Positions 38,002 through 47,878 of a stretch of DNA of 64,000 nt are shown here, piece after piece. The notes under the pieces are model-generated. The model was not told the origin of the DNA. It did no database searches and saw nothing but the letters and a program-made list of their open reading frames with translations. Made by a program: the position numbers and the translations under genes. How positions within the stretch are numbered: the first letter of the stretch is position 1; each line of letters starts with the position of its first letter. The stretch is from Candidatus Methanosuratincola verstraetei (GTDB lineage: Archaea > Thermoproteota > Methanomethylicia > Methanomethylicales > Methanomethylicaceae), in contig CP186953.1 of assembly GCA_049570475.1 (NCBI GenBank), positions 960,001-1,024,000 on the forward strand. Reading direction: 5' to 3'.

Positions 38002-38637
38002 ATGCCAGACAGCATTTCCGATAAATGGCAGAGACAGGAGAAGGAGTCTGCAGCAGAGAAGGTAAAGGAGCAGATATTGCCGCAGCCCCCGATGAGTGAA
38101 CGCCTCAACCTGGCAAAGAGGAAGCTCCAGGAGCAGATCCAGCACCTCGACAGGGTCTCGCAGAGGCTGAGCGCCAAGGACAAGGACCTCTACGAGAGGA
38201 TGGTGAAGGCATACGGAGAGCACGACACCCAGCGGGCCCAGCTGATAGCGAACGAGCTTGCAGAGCTGAGGAAGATCGAGCAGAAGACCCAGTACGGGAA
38301 GTACGCCCTAGAGAGGGCATACACGCGCATCGAGATGGCCAAGGACTTCGGCGACATGGTGGCAGCGCTAGTGCCTGTCGGGCAGGTCGTGAAGAGCGTA
38401 AAGGGTACGCTAGGCGAATTCCTTCCCTCCTCAGAGACCGCCTTGAACGAGCTCTCCGGGATAATGAACGACACGCTGGTGTCTTTCTCGAACATAACCG
38501 GCGAGTCGCTTATAGCCGGGCCTATCAGCGAGGACGCTGATAAGATACTGAAGGAGGCTGCCGCCGTCGCGGAGAGCAGGCTCAAGGACAAGCTGCCGGG
38601 CGCGGGGACGGACCTTCCGCTGACCGACAGCCAGTAA
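38002..38637 (+). CDS. ESCRT-III/Snf7 (CdvB-like) protein
   Basis: Helical; RAQLIANELAELRK, ALERAYTRIE, GDMVAALVP, EDADKILKEAAAVAE. Confidence 0.85.
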   Translation: MPDSISDKWQRQEKESAAEKVKEQILPQPPMSERLNLAKRKLQEQIQHLDRVSQRLSAKDKDLYERMVKAYGEHDTQRAQLIANELAELRKIEQKTQYGKYALERAYTRIEMAKDFGDMVAALVPVGQVVKSVKGTLGEFLPSSETALNELSGIMNDTLVSFSNITGESLIAGPISEDADKILKEAAAVAESRLKDKLPGAGTDLPLTDSQ

Positions 38638-38680
38638 ATCCCCAGTTTTTTCTGCAGCGCTCATTCTTTCTTGTTCAAAT

Positions 38681-39565
38681 CTAAGTGGTCACGATAGATT
38701 CCCTATCCGTCGTGATCACCGTGTGCTCGGCCTGGGCTATCGGCATCCCGGATGCCTCGACCAGAACCGGGTACTCGTAGAGGGCCTTCTCAGCTAGCAG
38801 CCCCCTCACGCCTTCTCCTATGCTGGCGACCCACCTCCTCGCGAAAGGCAGCGTCCTGAACCTCCTGTATATCTCGTCGTATGCCCCCCTCTGCGGCTCA
38901 GACTTAGGGCGCTTGAGCTTCATAAGGTGGAGGATGTTCCCAGGCTCCCTCTCAATCACCTCGCCTTCTGCCCTTGGGAGCGTGGCGAACGGCTCGATCG
39001 CATAGACCGACCAAGGCTGGAACTTGCCTGTCGTCTCGGCGCCGGAAACGTTCGGTATGCTCAGACCGCTGTGGATCGTGTACTGCTCTATCTGGTGCCC
39101 GGTCAGGTTCCTTATCGGCTTGTAGCCCATCGACCTTATTGTCTTCTCGACGATAGGGCCAACCTCACCTATCTTCCCGCCGACCCTCACCGCCTGCACC
39201 CCCCTCTCCAGTGCGATCTCGACAGCCCTTACCATGTCCTCGTACTCTGATCCGACCGAGACGGTCACCGCGGTGTCCGCTATGAAGCCGTCTATGTGTA
39301 CGCCGAGGTCAACCTTGACCAGCGCCCCATCCGGGACGACTGTCGCGTCTGAGGGAGGGGACGTGTAGTGAGCTCCCACCTCGTTTATGCTGACGTTGCA
39401 CGGGAAAGCTGGTTTCCCGCCCATCCTGGCTATCTCTGACTCGACCCATTCGCATATCCCTAACACACTGGCCCCCTGGACCACCATCCGCGGGACGGCC
39501 TGCCTCACAGTCCTTGCTATCCTCCCGGCAAGCAGCAGCTTATCCATGTCCTCCTCATTGAACAA
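38681..39565 (-). CDS. map: Methionine aminopeptidase type II
   Basis: AFPCN, AHYT, KVDLGVHIDGFIADTA, NLTGH, IEPFAT, QAEHT. Confidence 0.95.
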   Translation of the reverse strand: MFNEEDMDKLLLAGRIARTVRQAVPRMVVQGASVLGICEWVESEIARMGGKPAFPCNVSINEVGAHYTSPPSDATVVPDGALVKVDLGVHIDGFIADTAVTVSVGSEYEDMVRAVEIALERGVQAVRVGGKIGEVGPIVEKTIRSMGYKPIRNLTGHQIEQYTIHSGLSIPNVSGAETTGKFQPWSVYAIEPFATLPRAEGEVIEREPGNILHLMKLKRPKSEPQRGAYDEIYRRFRTLPFARRWVASIGEGVRGLLAEKALYEYPVLVEASGMPIAQAEHTVITTDRESIVTT

Positions 39566-39744
39566 AATTAACCACGACTCCCGTTGGCGCAAATGGCGCG
39601 AGACGAAACCTCTATCACATAGGGGACAAAAAAGGATATCCTTCAAGAACCCCGTCGATGAATAGGTCCGGGGATGGGGAAGGGCACTCGCTTGTGCCGT
39701 TAGAGTTAAAAACACCGCGTACCCAAGAGGTAAGAGTGGTTCTT

Positions 39745-40272
39745 ATGTGCGTGCTAGGCAGAGATCGCCTCATAGAATTGAACAAGAAGTACCGGATCCT
39801 CGATCCATTCGTCGAGTCCCAGCTTGACGGCGACGGGTACATACTCACGGTCGGGGAGGACACGACCCTCCAGTACCTGGAGCACCAGAATGTCATATCG
39901 AAGGAGATCGTGTTCACCCCCCCTGACTGCGTCGCGTACCTAACCGCGAAGAGCAGGTACGGTAGGATGGGGCTCTCATTCCTAAACGCCGCGAAGGTCC
40001 ACAGCGGCTTCGTGGGGAGGCTCGCCCTCGAGATAGTGAACCTGAGCAACGACCGGAGGCCCATCACCATAAAGGCTGGGGACCACTTCATGCACATCGA
40101 GTTCATCAGGAGGGAGGGCGCCCCCTCTCCGTACGTGGGCGAGTACCAGTTCCAGTACATGAATGAGGATGAGATAAAGTCTTACCTCCCAGTCCTGAAG
40201 CAGGTCTTCCCCAACTTCGACGAGCTCTCGAAGATCTGGCTGAGGAAGAAGCTCAACCACGGAAACTACTGA
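39745..40272 (+). CDS. dcd: dCTP deaminase/dUTPase-family protein
   Basis: AKSRYGRMGL, VHSGFVGRLALEIVN, PYVGEYQFQ. Confidence 0.8.
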   Translation: MCVLGRDRLIELNKKYRILDPFVESQLDGDGYILTVGEDTTLQYLEHQNVISKEIVFTPPDCVAYLTAKSRYGRMGLSFLNAAKVHSGFVGRLALEIVNLSNDRRPITIKAGDHFMHIEFIRREGAPSPYVGEYQFQYMNEDEIKSYLPVLKQVFPNFDELSKIWLRKKLNHGNY

Positions 40273-40302
40273 ACTCAATTGAACCCTTTTTCGGCTCTTG
40301 CT

Positions 40303-40821
40303 TCAGAGCCTAATTTTTTTGGCTACTGTCAGTGCAACACCCGCCTTGAGGAAGTCGCCAGGAAGGAAGGGTATGACGCCCGCCCATAGCGCAGCCGAGA
40401 AATTCCAGCCCATCCACCCCGCGAGCCAGACCCAACCCAGCAGGAAGACTATCGCCATGCATATGCCAATCGCTGCAACCTCAGCGAACCTCCTGCCACC
40501 AGAATTGCTCAGCATCAATCCGGAAACCAGCGATGCCAGCAGGAAGCCGAGGAGGAATCCGCCCGTAGGTCCGATCAGCACGGAATACCCCGCCATCCCC
40601 CTCGCAAATACTGGAAGCCCGGCTGCCCCCATCGCCAGGTATATGCCTTGGCTGAGCGGGGCCCTCTCCTTCAGGATCAGCACGCAAAGGTAAAGGAAGA
40701 GCGTCTGCAGGCTGAGGGGGACAGGGTAGAATGGTATGGAGATTAGTGCGCCTACTGCAGTCAGCGCCGCGAATACGGCTGCCAAGGAGAGCTGTTTTGC
40801 GCGCGGCATGCTTCTTTTCAT
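40303..40821 (-). CDS. bioY: Biotin transporter S-component
   Basis: PVPLSLQT, GLPVFA, GPTGGFLLGF, PFLPGDFLK. Confidence 0.93.
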   Translation of the reverse strand: MKRSMPRAKQLSLAAVFAALTAVGALISIPFYPVPLSLQTLFLYLCVLILKERAPLSQGIYLAMGAAGLPVFARGMAGYSVLIGPTGGFLLGFLLASLVSGLMLSNSGGRRFAEVAAIGICMAIVFLLGWVWLAGWMGWNFSAALWAGVIPFLPGDFLKAGVALTVAKKIRL

Positions 40822-41052
40822 ATTTGGTCACTCTCGGTATTGAATGACTAAACCAGCGATTTTTGTAAACCGTATTTATGTTTTTAGTTTACATTCGCTA
40901 AAGAATATTTAATGCGCCCAGAAGGTAAATGCAATGCGGATGCGAGTTATACACTCCACAAAACTCAGTCGGCAGTTTCTGACCTCGACATCAGACTGTT
41001 AAACAATTACGCTTAAAATACCCTGCGGCTAAATATAACTAGGTGAATCTAT

Positions 41053-42384
41053 TTGCGAGCAAAACTGTTGTTGATCTTTACTCTAGCGGTTCTGGTGGTT
41101 GCATCTCCTGTGATTGCTGCCCCCAAGGTGCAACTGCAAGCCTATTCAACCTGGGACTACGACATGGTAAACTTGGAAAAAGTGGGTCCGCAATACACCG
41201 GGAAGGGAGTCTACGTTGCAGTGCTTGACACAGGCCTCGCCCCCAACTGGAAGGACTACTTCCCCAAGGACAGGATCGCGACGAGCCTAGGGAAGGGCTT
41301 CAAGGAGGTCCTGACCTGGGATCAGAAAACCGGGGAGTTGATCGAGACAGGGAAGATAATTGAGACTACATACATCGGTTCGACAGGGAGCACCCACGGC
41401 ACCCACGTGGTGAGCACTATCTTGGGATACAACTACTATTCGCCCTTTGACGCTGCCGCCGGTTTCCCGCTGCCCCCGATCTTCATCAAGGGCATCGCGC
41501 CCGATGTGACAATAATCCCGATCAAAGTGCTCTCCGACTACCACATCCCGTACGCCCACAGCGGCGGGGGGGAGTATGGCGACTTAGTCTTCGGGACTGA
41601 CCGGGCAGTTGCTGCTGGGATCGACTATGCGACCAACTTGTACATCGCAGGTTGCCGCCCAATGATAATCACGATGAGCCTCGGCGGTCCGGAGCCTTCG
41701 CCAATAATAAAGGACGCGATAGACCGCGCAATAGAGAACGGCGTGATTGTGGTCGCGGCTGCAGGAAACGAGGGTGAAGAAGGCATGAGCTACCCCGGAG
41801 CATATGACGAGGTCATTTCAGTCGGGTCCTGCGGATGGACGCTGGAATGGCGTGACCCTTCTAATACATCTTACTTCAGGCTATGGTGGCTCCAGAGCCC
41901 TCACTATGCTTTCAGCGATGTTGCTGAGGACGACCCTAGCGTGATCTACATCTCTGACTTCAGCAGCAGACAGCTACAAGGCCAACATCTCGATGTAGTA
42001 GCCCCAGGCAGCTGGGTCAGGGGGCCATACCCCGGCGATCCGGGATACAGCCACCTGCCCTGGTGGAGCAACGGCTACCCGGCCCTGTTCAGGAGCATCA
42101 ACCCTGGCAACTTCTACTACCTCGGCGGCACTAGCATGGCAACACCTCATGTGACAGGCATCGTCGCTCTTATGCTCCAGAAGAACCCGACTTTGACCCA
42201 ATCTGAAGTTGAGAACATACTGAAGTCCACCGCATTAACAATACCGCCTGGCTCAGCCTGGGTATATGATCTGTACGATGCTAGTGGCGCATATGCCCCT
42301 GGCTTCTACCTCAGAACTTGGGGAGCAGATGCGACCGGATCCGGCTTGGTGCAAGCAGATGCTGCATTAGATGCTGTTCCATAG
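41053..42384 (+). CDS. Secreted subtilisin-like S8 protease
   Basis: Signal peptide; triad VAVLDTG / HGTHV / GTSMATPH; AAAGN. Confidence 0.93.
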   Translation: MRAKLLLIFTLAVLVVASPVIAAPKVQLQAYSTWDYDMVNLEKVGPQYTGKGVYVAVLDTGLAPNWKDYFPKDRIATSLGKGFKEVLTWDQKTGELIETGKIIETTYIGSTGSTHGTHVVSTILGYNYYSPFDAAAGFPLPPIFIKGIAPDVTIIPIKVLSDYHIPYAHSGGGEYGDLVFGTDRAVAAGIDYATNLYIAGCRPMIITMSLGGPEPSPIIKDAIDRAIENGVIVVAAAGNEGEEGMSYPGAYDEVISVGSCGWTLEWRDPSNTSYFRLWWLQSPHYAFSDVAEDDPSVIYISDFSSRQLQGQHLDVVAPGSWVRGPYPGDPGYSHLPWWSNGYPALFRSINPGNFYYLGGTSMATPHVTGIVALMLQKNPTLTQSEVENILKSTALTIPPGSAWVYDLYDASGAYAPGFYLRTWGADATGSGLVQADAALDAVP

Positions 42385-42487
42385 CAGCAATAAAATTCTT
42401 TTTTTTATTTTTTTTAAATTTTGATCATTTAATTTATTGCCGCCGCGTTTTATCGTCGAATTGGCTTATTTTTACTGGGAGAATAAG

Positions 42488-42860
42488 CAAGAAAGCTCCG
42501 ACCTTCAGGGAGGAGATGAATTGCAAATATATATATCTAAATGGTATAATAGTATTGATATGGAAGGAATTCCCGTAACCTATGTAGAGCCGAAAAACAC
42601 ATCGAAAGAGTGTTCTCGGTGTGGAAGCATAGGGATTAGGGAAGGAAAGTCATTCAAGTGCCCATATTGTGGGCACGTTGGCCATGCTGGCGTGAATGCT
42701 TCGTTCAATATAGCATCACGCCCTCCTTTGGTGGAAAGCATGAGCCAATCGCATGCAGACAGGGATGCATGCGAAGGGAGCACTGGCACCCCTGAAGGGG
42801 CAACTCTTGGAACGAGGGAGACCCTAGAACCTCCGAAGCTTTAGCGAGGGGAGTATGTCA
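42488..42860 (+). mobile_element. Internally deleted IS200/IS605-family element with 3' tnpB fragment (42560-42844)
   Basis: Left-end-like CAAGAAAGCTCCGACCTTCAGGGAGGAGATGAATTG; TnpB C-terminus TSKECSRCG...FKCPYCG..HAGVNASFNI; right-end-like GAACCTCCGAAGCTTTAGCGAGGGGAGTATGTCA. Confidence 0.8.
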
Positions 42861-42908
42861 GCGCAAGGTTTAAAGCGATTGCATATTTAACAACCTTTGT
42901 AATAGTCT

Positions 42909-43451
42909 ATGATCCCCACAAAGGTATTCTTCGTGAAGGGCGTTGGGGTCCACAGGGAGCGATTGGCTGCCTTCGAGCTCGCGCTCCGCGACGCCGGCAT
43001 AGAGAAGTTCAACCTCGTGAACGTGTCGAGCATATTCCCCCCCAACTGCCAGATAATCTCGAAGGACGAGGGGCTCAGGCGCCTCTCCCCTGGCCAGATA
43101 ATCTACTGCGTCATGGCCAGGAACGAGACGAACGAGCCGAACAGGCTTATCTCCGCCGCGATTGGGCTCGCTGTCCCGCATGACCGCAACAGCTACGGCT
43201 ACCTTGCAGAGCACCACGACTACGGGATGAAGGGCGAGAAGGCGGGGGAGTACGCTGAGGATCTTGCAGCCACGATGCTCGCGACCACCTTGGGCATACC
43301 TTTCGACCCGAACCAGGCATGGGAGGAGAGGGAGCAGCTCTACAAGGCCAGCGGGCTCATCATAAGGACTACCCACGTCGTGCAGTCCGCCGAGGGCCAC
43401 AAGGAAGGCCTCTGGACATGTGTGGTCGCGGCCGCCATATTCGTTGAATAG
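42909..43451 (+). CDS. pdaD: Pyruvoyl-dependent arginine decarboxylase
   Basis: [47 protein letters not shown]. Confidence 0.93.
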   Translation: MIPTKVFFVKGVGVHRERLAAFELALRDAGIEKFNLVNVSSIFPPNCQIISKDEGLRRLSPGQIIYCVMARNETNEPNRLISAAIGLAVPHDRNSYGYLAEHHDYGMKGEKAGEYAEDLAATMLATTLGIPFDPNQAWEEREQLYKASGLIIRTTHVVQSAEGHKEGLWTCVVAAAIFVE

Positions 43452-43622
43452 GCTCAGACTCTGGCCGAAAAACGCGCGCTTACGAGAGGCTGGGAGAGGC
43501 ACCGCCCCGTCATTCTCGGGCGAGCTGCGTTGTCTTCTCCGGTCTTTGAATGGTCAATTAGCCCAAATGCAACCCCTCGAAGGCAGAACAAAAAATTACT
43601 TTTTGACCGAACTCTATCAGTC

Positions 43623-43905
43623 CTACAAAGCTGATCCGCAGTCCCCGCAATATCCCCCATCTCATTTCAATCGGTTTACCGCAGGCTTTGCAGAACCGGA
43701 GGGGGTACGACCGCCTGCCGAATTCCCCGCAGAAACCGTTCGTTTCAGGGTTCTTAGCAGAGCATTCCGGGCAAACGATGCATGTCATTTTCTGCGCATG
43801 GGCTTTAAGCGCCAATAAGAATGGGCTTGGAGAGAACAGTAGGAACCCTGCGCCCAGCCCCAAGCCGAAAAGCAGGCAGAAGCCAGAGCCGCCTCCGCCA
43901 GCCAA
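43623..43905 (-). pseudogene. Degenerate double-zinc-ribbon gene fragment
   Basis: GLGLGAG...CPECSAKN..NGFCGEFG...CKACG then frameshift to YCGDCGSAL*; parallels the C-terminus of 46094-47170. Confidence 0.55.
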
Positions 43906-44031
43906 CTTCTGTTGCAGCCTCGTGCCAATCTCGGGCTTTGGGCTAATAAGTGCGCCGTGCCTCCTTTCCCCGACAACCCTTAATATCCCTCAACCCCATT
44001 ATCCACATGTAGTTGTCCGGAGGAGAATAAT

Positions 44032-45495
44032 TTGCCCCTCTTCAAGTCACTATCACCTCCAAGGGCAGAAATACAGATCGAGCTAGGAAAGGAGGAATTT
44101 GCCCTCGGAGAGACGTTGGAAGGGAGCGTACTGTTGAAATGCCTCGAGGACTTCGAGGTCCAGTCCGTCAGCGTAGATCTGGTCGGAAAGGAAATGGTGA
44201 AGGGCAACCTTCTGGACTACTCGGGGGACGACCAGACTCGGATCTACAGCCCCGTGACATCGCTGGCTCGCACCGCACGTCCCGCTGAGATCAACCTGCT
44301 GATGCACAGCAATCCCGCGCCTGTATCAGGCCCCTTCAAGGCATCCAAAGATTACATCGGGAGGTTCATGTTCAGGTTCTTCATACCGTCCCACCTCGGG
44401 CCAACTTACCAGGGGGGAAGGCAGGACGGCTCCTGGCTTCAGAGGACCTGGTTTGTCAAGGTCAATGTCGCGGTCGCAGGGAGGCCGGATCTTGAGGCTG
44501 CCAAGGAGATACGGGTCTCCATCCCGGCGCCCAAAATGCAGGCCGCAGCCGGGTCCGCAGCGTTCTCACCCGGGTCCAGCGCCGCGCCTTCGGATGTCCA
44601 AGGGGCTGCCGCAAAAGCGGGTCCCTCGGAGGAGCAGGTCCCCACAAACTGCCCAAGGTGCGGTGCCCCCTTCGCAGTGTCCCAGGAGGACATATTCGTT
44701 ACCTGCCGGTACTGCGGCTATTCAATGACTATCGCCTCCCGCCAGAGGCTGGGTAAGCACAGCATGATCGAGACGCGCCTCTTCAGGCAGCAGGTCGCCG
44801 AGGCTGCAAAAAGGTACATGGACAAAGGCATCTTCCGGATAGGGGTCGCAAAGGAGGCAGTGATCACAAACATCGTGCTGAGGTACCTCCCATTCTGGAT
44901 ATTCCGCGCCAACACGACCACTTCCTTCAGGGGGACGGTCGGAGGGGGCTTGGGGGCGCCTGTCGGGGGGTCCGAAGCCCAGGCAGCCGAGGTTCTCGGA
45001 AGGATCATAATCGCGGGTGCCGATGCCTACATGAGGAGCCGGGGCGGTCCCGGGGCGAGGATCGGCTACAGCCAGAGCGCCCCGAGGCCTGTGGCGCAGA
45101 CCTTCTCGAACAGCTACGTCTGGCCCGTCCTGGCAAGATCCAGCCTCATCAGCGAGGTCAATTTCTACGAAATCCCGGCGGAGAAGAAGATACCCTTCGA
45201 CCAGGGCAAGCTCCCTGCTGAGGCTGAGTTCCTCAAGCCAGAGATGAGCGAGGAGGAGGCCAAGCTCAAAGCCAGGGCTGAGATAGAGGCAAAGGAGCGG
45301 CAGATAGCCAGCCGGAAGGTCAGCGTTCTTGAGACCATCAGCACTACATTGTACCTGAGCGAGGGGGAGCTGATCCACGCGCCAGTGTGGTTCGTCTACT
45401 ACACGATAAAGGGCGACAACTATGTAATCGCCATTGACGGGTGCGAAGGCAGGCCCTTGGGGGGCGGCAGGCCAGCATTCAAGATAAGCCTATGA
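44032..45495 (+). CDS. Arrestin-N/SpoOM-like domain fused to Zn-ribbon YdjG-like domain
   Basis: IELGKEEFALGETLEGSVLL...VSVDLVGKE...FFIPSHLGPTY...WFVKVNVAVAGRPD; CPRCGAP...CRYCG; YLPFW; HAPVW...IAIDG. Confidence 0.7.
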   Translation: MPLFKSLSPPRAEIQIELGKEEFALGETLEGSVLLKCLEDFEVQSVSVDLVGKEMVKGNLLDYSGDDQTRIYSPVTSLARTARPAEINLLMHSNPAPVSGPFKASKDYIGRFMFRFFIPSHLGPTYQGGRQDGSWLQRTWFVKVNVAVAGRPDLEAAKEIRVSIPAPKMQAAAGSAAFSPGSSAAPSDVQGAAAKAGPSEEQVPTNCPRCGAPFAVSQEDIFVTCRYCGYSMTIASRQRLGKHSMIETRLFRQQVAEAAKRYMDKGIFRIGVAKEAVITNIVLRYLPFWIFRANTTTSFRGTVGGGLGAPVGGSEAQAAEVLGRIIIAGADAYMRSRGGPGARIGYSQSAPRPVAQTFSNSYVWPVLARSSLISEVNFYEIPAEKKIPFDQGKLPAEAEFLKPEMSEEEAKLKARAEIEAKERQIASRKVSVLETISTTLYLSEGELIHAPVWFVYYTIKGDNYVIAIDGCEGRPLGGGRPAFKISL

Positions 45496-45562
45496 CCGAG
45501 ATCCAAATCGCCTTTAAATGCAACGGCGGCGTGTATTACTGTATAGGCAATGGGGTTTTGCG

Positions 45563-46087
45563 ATGGGTTCAGACACGCTTGGAAAAATAAGGGAGAGGCA
45601 GGGGATCTGGAGCAAGGTCCAAAACTTCCTGACAATGGGGTACGGCACGAAGGAGGACATACGCGAGGCCGACAAAGCCCTCAGGGAAAGCTACTACCAG
45701 AGCTTCAAGGAGATGCGGCAGAGGTGGTCCGAGATAAATCTCGCCGCGCTCGATGCTGGGCTCAAGGGCGACGACTTCAAGAAAGTCATGCAGGTCATGG
45801 ATCGCCTGATGGAAAAGGTCCACAGGGCTGAATACGGCTACGCCGGTCTATTCGACAGGAAGGGGAAGATAGGCGAGGAGGGCCTGGCTAGGAGCCTCGA
45901 CTTCGACAAGGAGTTCGGGGCAAGCCTCAGCGATCTCGAGTCGGAAATCGCCGAGACCTACAGGGCTTACGAGGCCGGGGACTGGAACTCCGTCTCCGCC
46001 AAAGCCAAGCTGCTCCGATCGAAGATCGTGAGCCTCGACGAGAAGTGGAACGAGAGGGAGAAGGTTTTCAGACCAATCGGGGTGTGA
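45563..46087 (+). CDS. Conserved helical protein in SPFH operon
   Basis: GYGTKEDIREADKALR, AEYGYAGLFD; between Zn-ribbon and SPFH genes. Confidence 0.75.
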   Translation: MGSDTLGKIRERQGIWSKVQNFLTMGYGTKEDIREADKALRESYYQSFKEMRQRWSEINLAALDAGLKGDDFKKVMQVMDRLMEKVHRAEYGYAGLFDRKGKIGEEGLARSLDFDKEFGASLSDLESEIAETYRAYEAGDWNSVSAKAKLLRSKIVSLDEKWNEREKVFRPIGV

Positions 46088-46093
46088 TGAGAA

Positions 46094-47170
46094 ATGCCAG
46101 TTATAGAGAGGGTTGCTTGGGACCATGCGGGACCGGAGGAGATAGCCTACCGCTTCCCGAAACTTACGCTCAAGTTCGGCAGCCAAGTGATAGTGATGGA
46201 GAACCAATGGGCTGTATTCTTCAGGGACGGGAAGGCCTATGATGTGTTCGGCCCGGGTAGGCACACAATAACCAGCGCCAACATACCGCTGCTAACTGCT
46301 GCCCTTAATAAGCTTGGGTTGATGGACAAGATCTTCGACTGCGAGGTGATATTCGTATCGAACAGCCAGATGCGGGCGAACTTCGGAGGGACCGCCTACT
46401 CTGCCCCGAGCGGGGACATAAAGTACCAGGCCGAGCTCGGGTACTTCGGCTACGCGCTCTACAAGGTCGAGGACCCGAAGCTCTTTGTGGTCGAATTCTT
46501 CGGGAACCGGGGCGCGATGACCTCGAGGGATGTCGAGAACTACATAAGGGGGTTTGTGAACGAAAGGATCATCAACGAGTTCGGGCGCCATGACATCTTC
46601 GAGCTGGTCAAGAATGTCGACGCCACGACTGACAAGGTCGCCCTGAAGATCAGCGATGAGGCAGCAAGGATTGGTCTGAGGATAATCGACGCCGTCTTCG
46701 AAGGGGTGAAGATACCTGAGGAGGCGCGGCGCTTCGCCTCAGGGATGGGTCAGCAGGCCATGATGATGCAGTACATGAAGGAGACCGCCTCAGAGCTGAA
46801 GGACAGCCAAGGAGGGGGCGCAGCTGCGGCCGGCCTCGGGGCAGGCGTCGGGCTGGGAATGCCATTCATACTCGCCCAGCAGATGGGGCAGGCCGGTGCC
46901 CAGATGCCCCAGCAAGTGGTCATATGCCCGTCCTGCGGCGCGAAGAACACTGCGAACATGAAGTTCTGCGGAAACTGCGGGAGCAGCCTCCTGCCGCCAT
47001 CGAAGCAGACGTGCCCCAACTGCAAGGCGGAAGTTCCTGAGAACTTCAAGTTCTGCCCGAACTGCGGCACACCCATAAAGAAGCCAGAGCAACCCGTTTG
47101 CCCCAAGTGCGGCGAGAAGAACCCGCCTGGGACAAAATTCTGCGGCAACTGCGGGGAGAAGCTTGCATAG
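46094..47170 (+). CDS. SPFH (band-7, YdjI-like) protein with C-terminal double zinc ribbons
   Basis: GSQVIVMENQWAVFFRDGKAYDVFGPGRHT; three CxxC..FCxxCG units. Confidence 0.88.
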   Translation: MPVIERVAWDHAGPEEIAYRFPKLTLKFGSQVIVMENQWAVFFRDGKAYDVFGPGRHTITSANIPLLTAALNKLGLMDKIFDCEVIFVSNSQMRANFGGTAYSAPSGDIKYQAELGYFGYALYKVEDPKLFVVEFFGNRGAMTSRDVENYIRGFVNERIINEFGRHDIFELVKNVDATTDKVALKISDEAARIGLRIIDAVFEGVKIPEEARRFASGMGQQAMMMQYMKETASELKDSQGGGAAAAGLGAGVGLGMPFILAQQMGQAGAQMPQQVVICPSCGAKNTANMKFCGNCGSSLLPPSKQTCPNCKAEVPENFKFCPNCGTPIKKPEQPVCPKCGEKNPPGTKFCGNCGEKLA

Positions 47171-47275
47171 GGCAATCCCCCATTCAAATATTTTTTCTTG
47201 GAGCAAAACTTGGAACATTGGGAGTTGTTGAAAGATATATCTGTGCGCAAAGTAAATTATATCAGGGTGAACCAT

Positions 47276-47488
47276 TTGGAGGCTTTCATAGTCGGGCACC
47301 TGCTCAATATGGAAGTCGATGTCTACTGCGGATGGAGCGATAAATTCTCTGGGAAGGTCGTTGCGTGCGCCGACGGTGTACTAACGCTCGAGACCGAGAA
47401 AGGCGTCTACACGCATATCGCTGTCGACAAGATAGTCGCAATCTGGAAGAGGCAGCAGCCGTGGATATCTGAAAGTCACCATCGCTGA
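47276..47488 (+). CDS. Small Sm-like fold protein (MM0924-like)
   Basis: EVDVYCG..DKFSGKVVACADGVLTLE...THIAVDKIVAIW. Confidence 0.65.
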   Translation: MEAFIVGHLLNMEVDVYCGWSDKFSGKVVACADGVLTLETEKGVYTHIAVDKIVAIWKRQQPWISESHHR

Positions 47489-47540
47489 TTCCTTGGGCCC
47501 AAGCCCTCTTTTTATCAATTATTCGGTCTTACTAAGAAGA

Positions 47541-47617
47541 TGGAGCCCTAGGGGGGGTTTGAACCCCCGACCAACGGTTTACAAAACCGTCGCTCTGCCG
47601 GGCTGAGCTACTAGGGC
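47541..47617 (-). tRNA. tRNA-Thr(TGT)
   Basis: ACGGT-TTTGTAA-ACCGT arm; CCA. Confidence 0.95.
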
Positions 47618-47756
47618 GAAATCTGGCATCTCGGATTATTCCGGAATATGGTTTAAAAATATTCCTGTGCCTGTTTCCCCGGATCCGCTTTTGGTGCCTG
47701 CTGTTTAGCCAGAATCAGAAGGATTAAAATAGCCGATTGTTGTAAAAAACTCCAAT

Positions 47757-47863
47757 GCCGGGGTGGCTCAGGCTGGCTAGAGCGCCGGACTCATAATCTA
47801 AGACCTGGACAAGGCGCTCGATGGGAGATCCGGAAATCGCGGGTTCGAGTCCCGTCCCCGGCA
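47757..47863 (+). tRNA. Elongator tRNA-Met(CAT) with 32-nt intron at 37/38
   Basis: CCGGA-CTCATA|intron|A-TCCGG; BHB helix CTCA:TGGG; CCA not encoded. Confidence 0.9.
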
Positions 47864-47878
47864 CTACTGCGAATCATT

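Noticed and set aside
1673-45495. Heliorhodopsin-arrestin signalling pair by analogy with animal rhodopsin
   Set aside because: Genes are about 42 kb apart, HeR is unrelated to GPCRs, and the arrestin-like domain is fused into a different module
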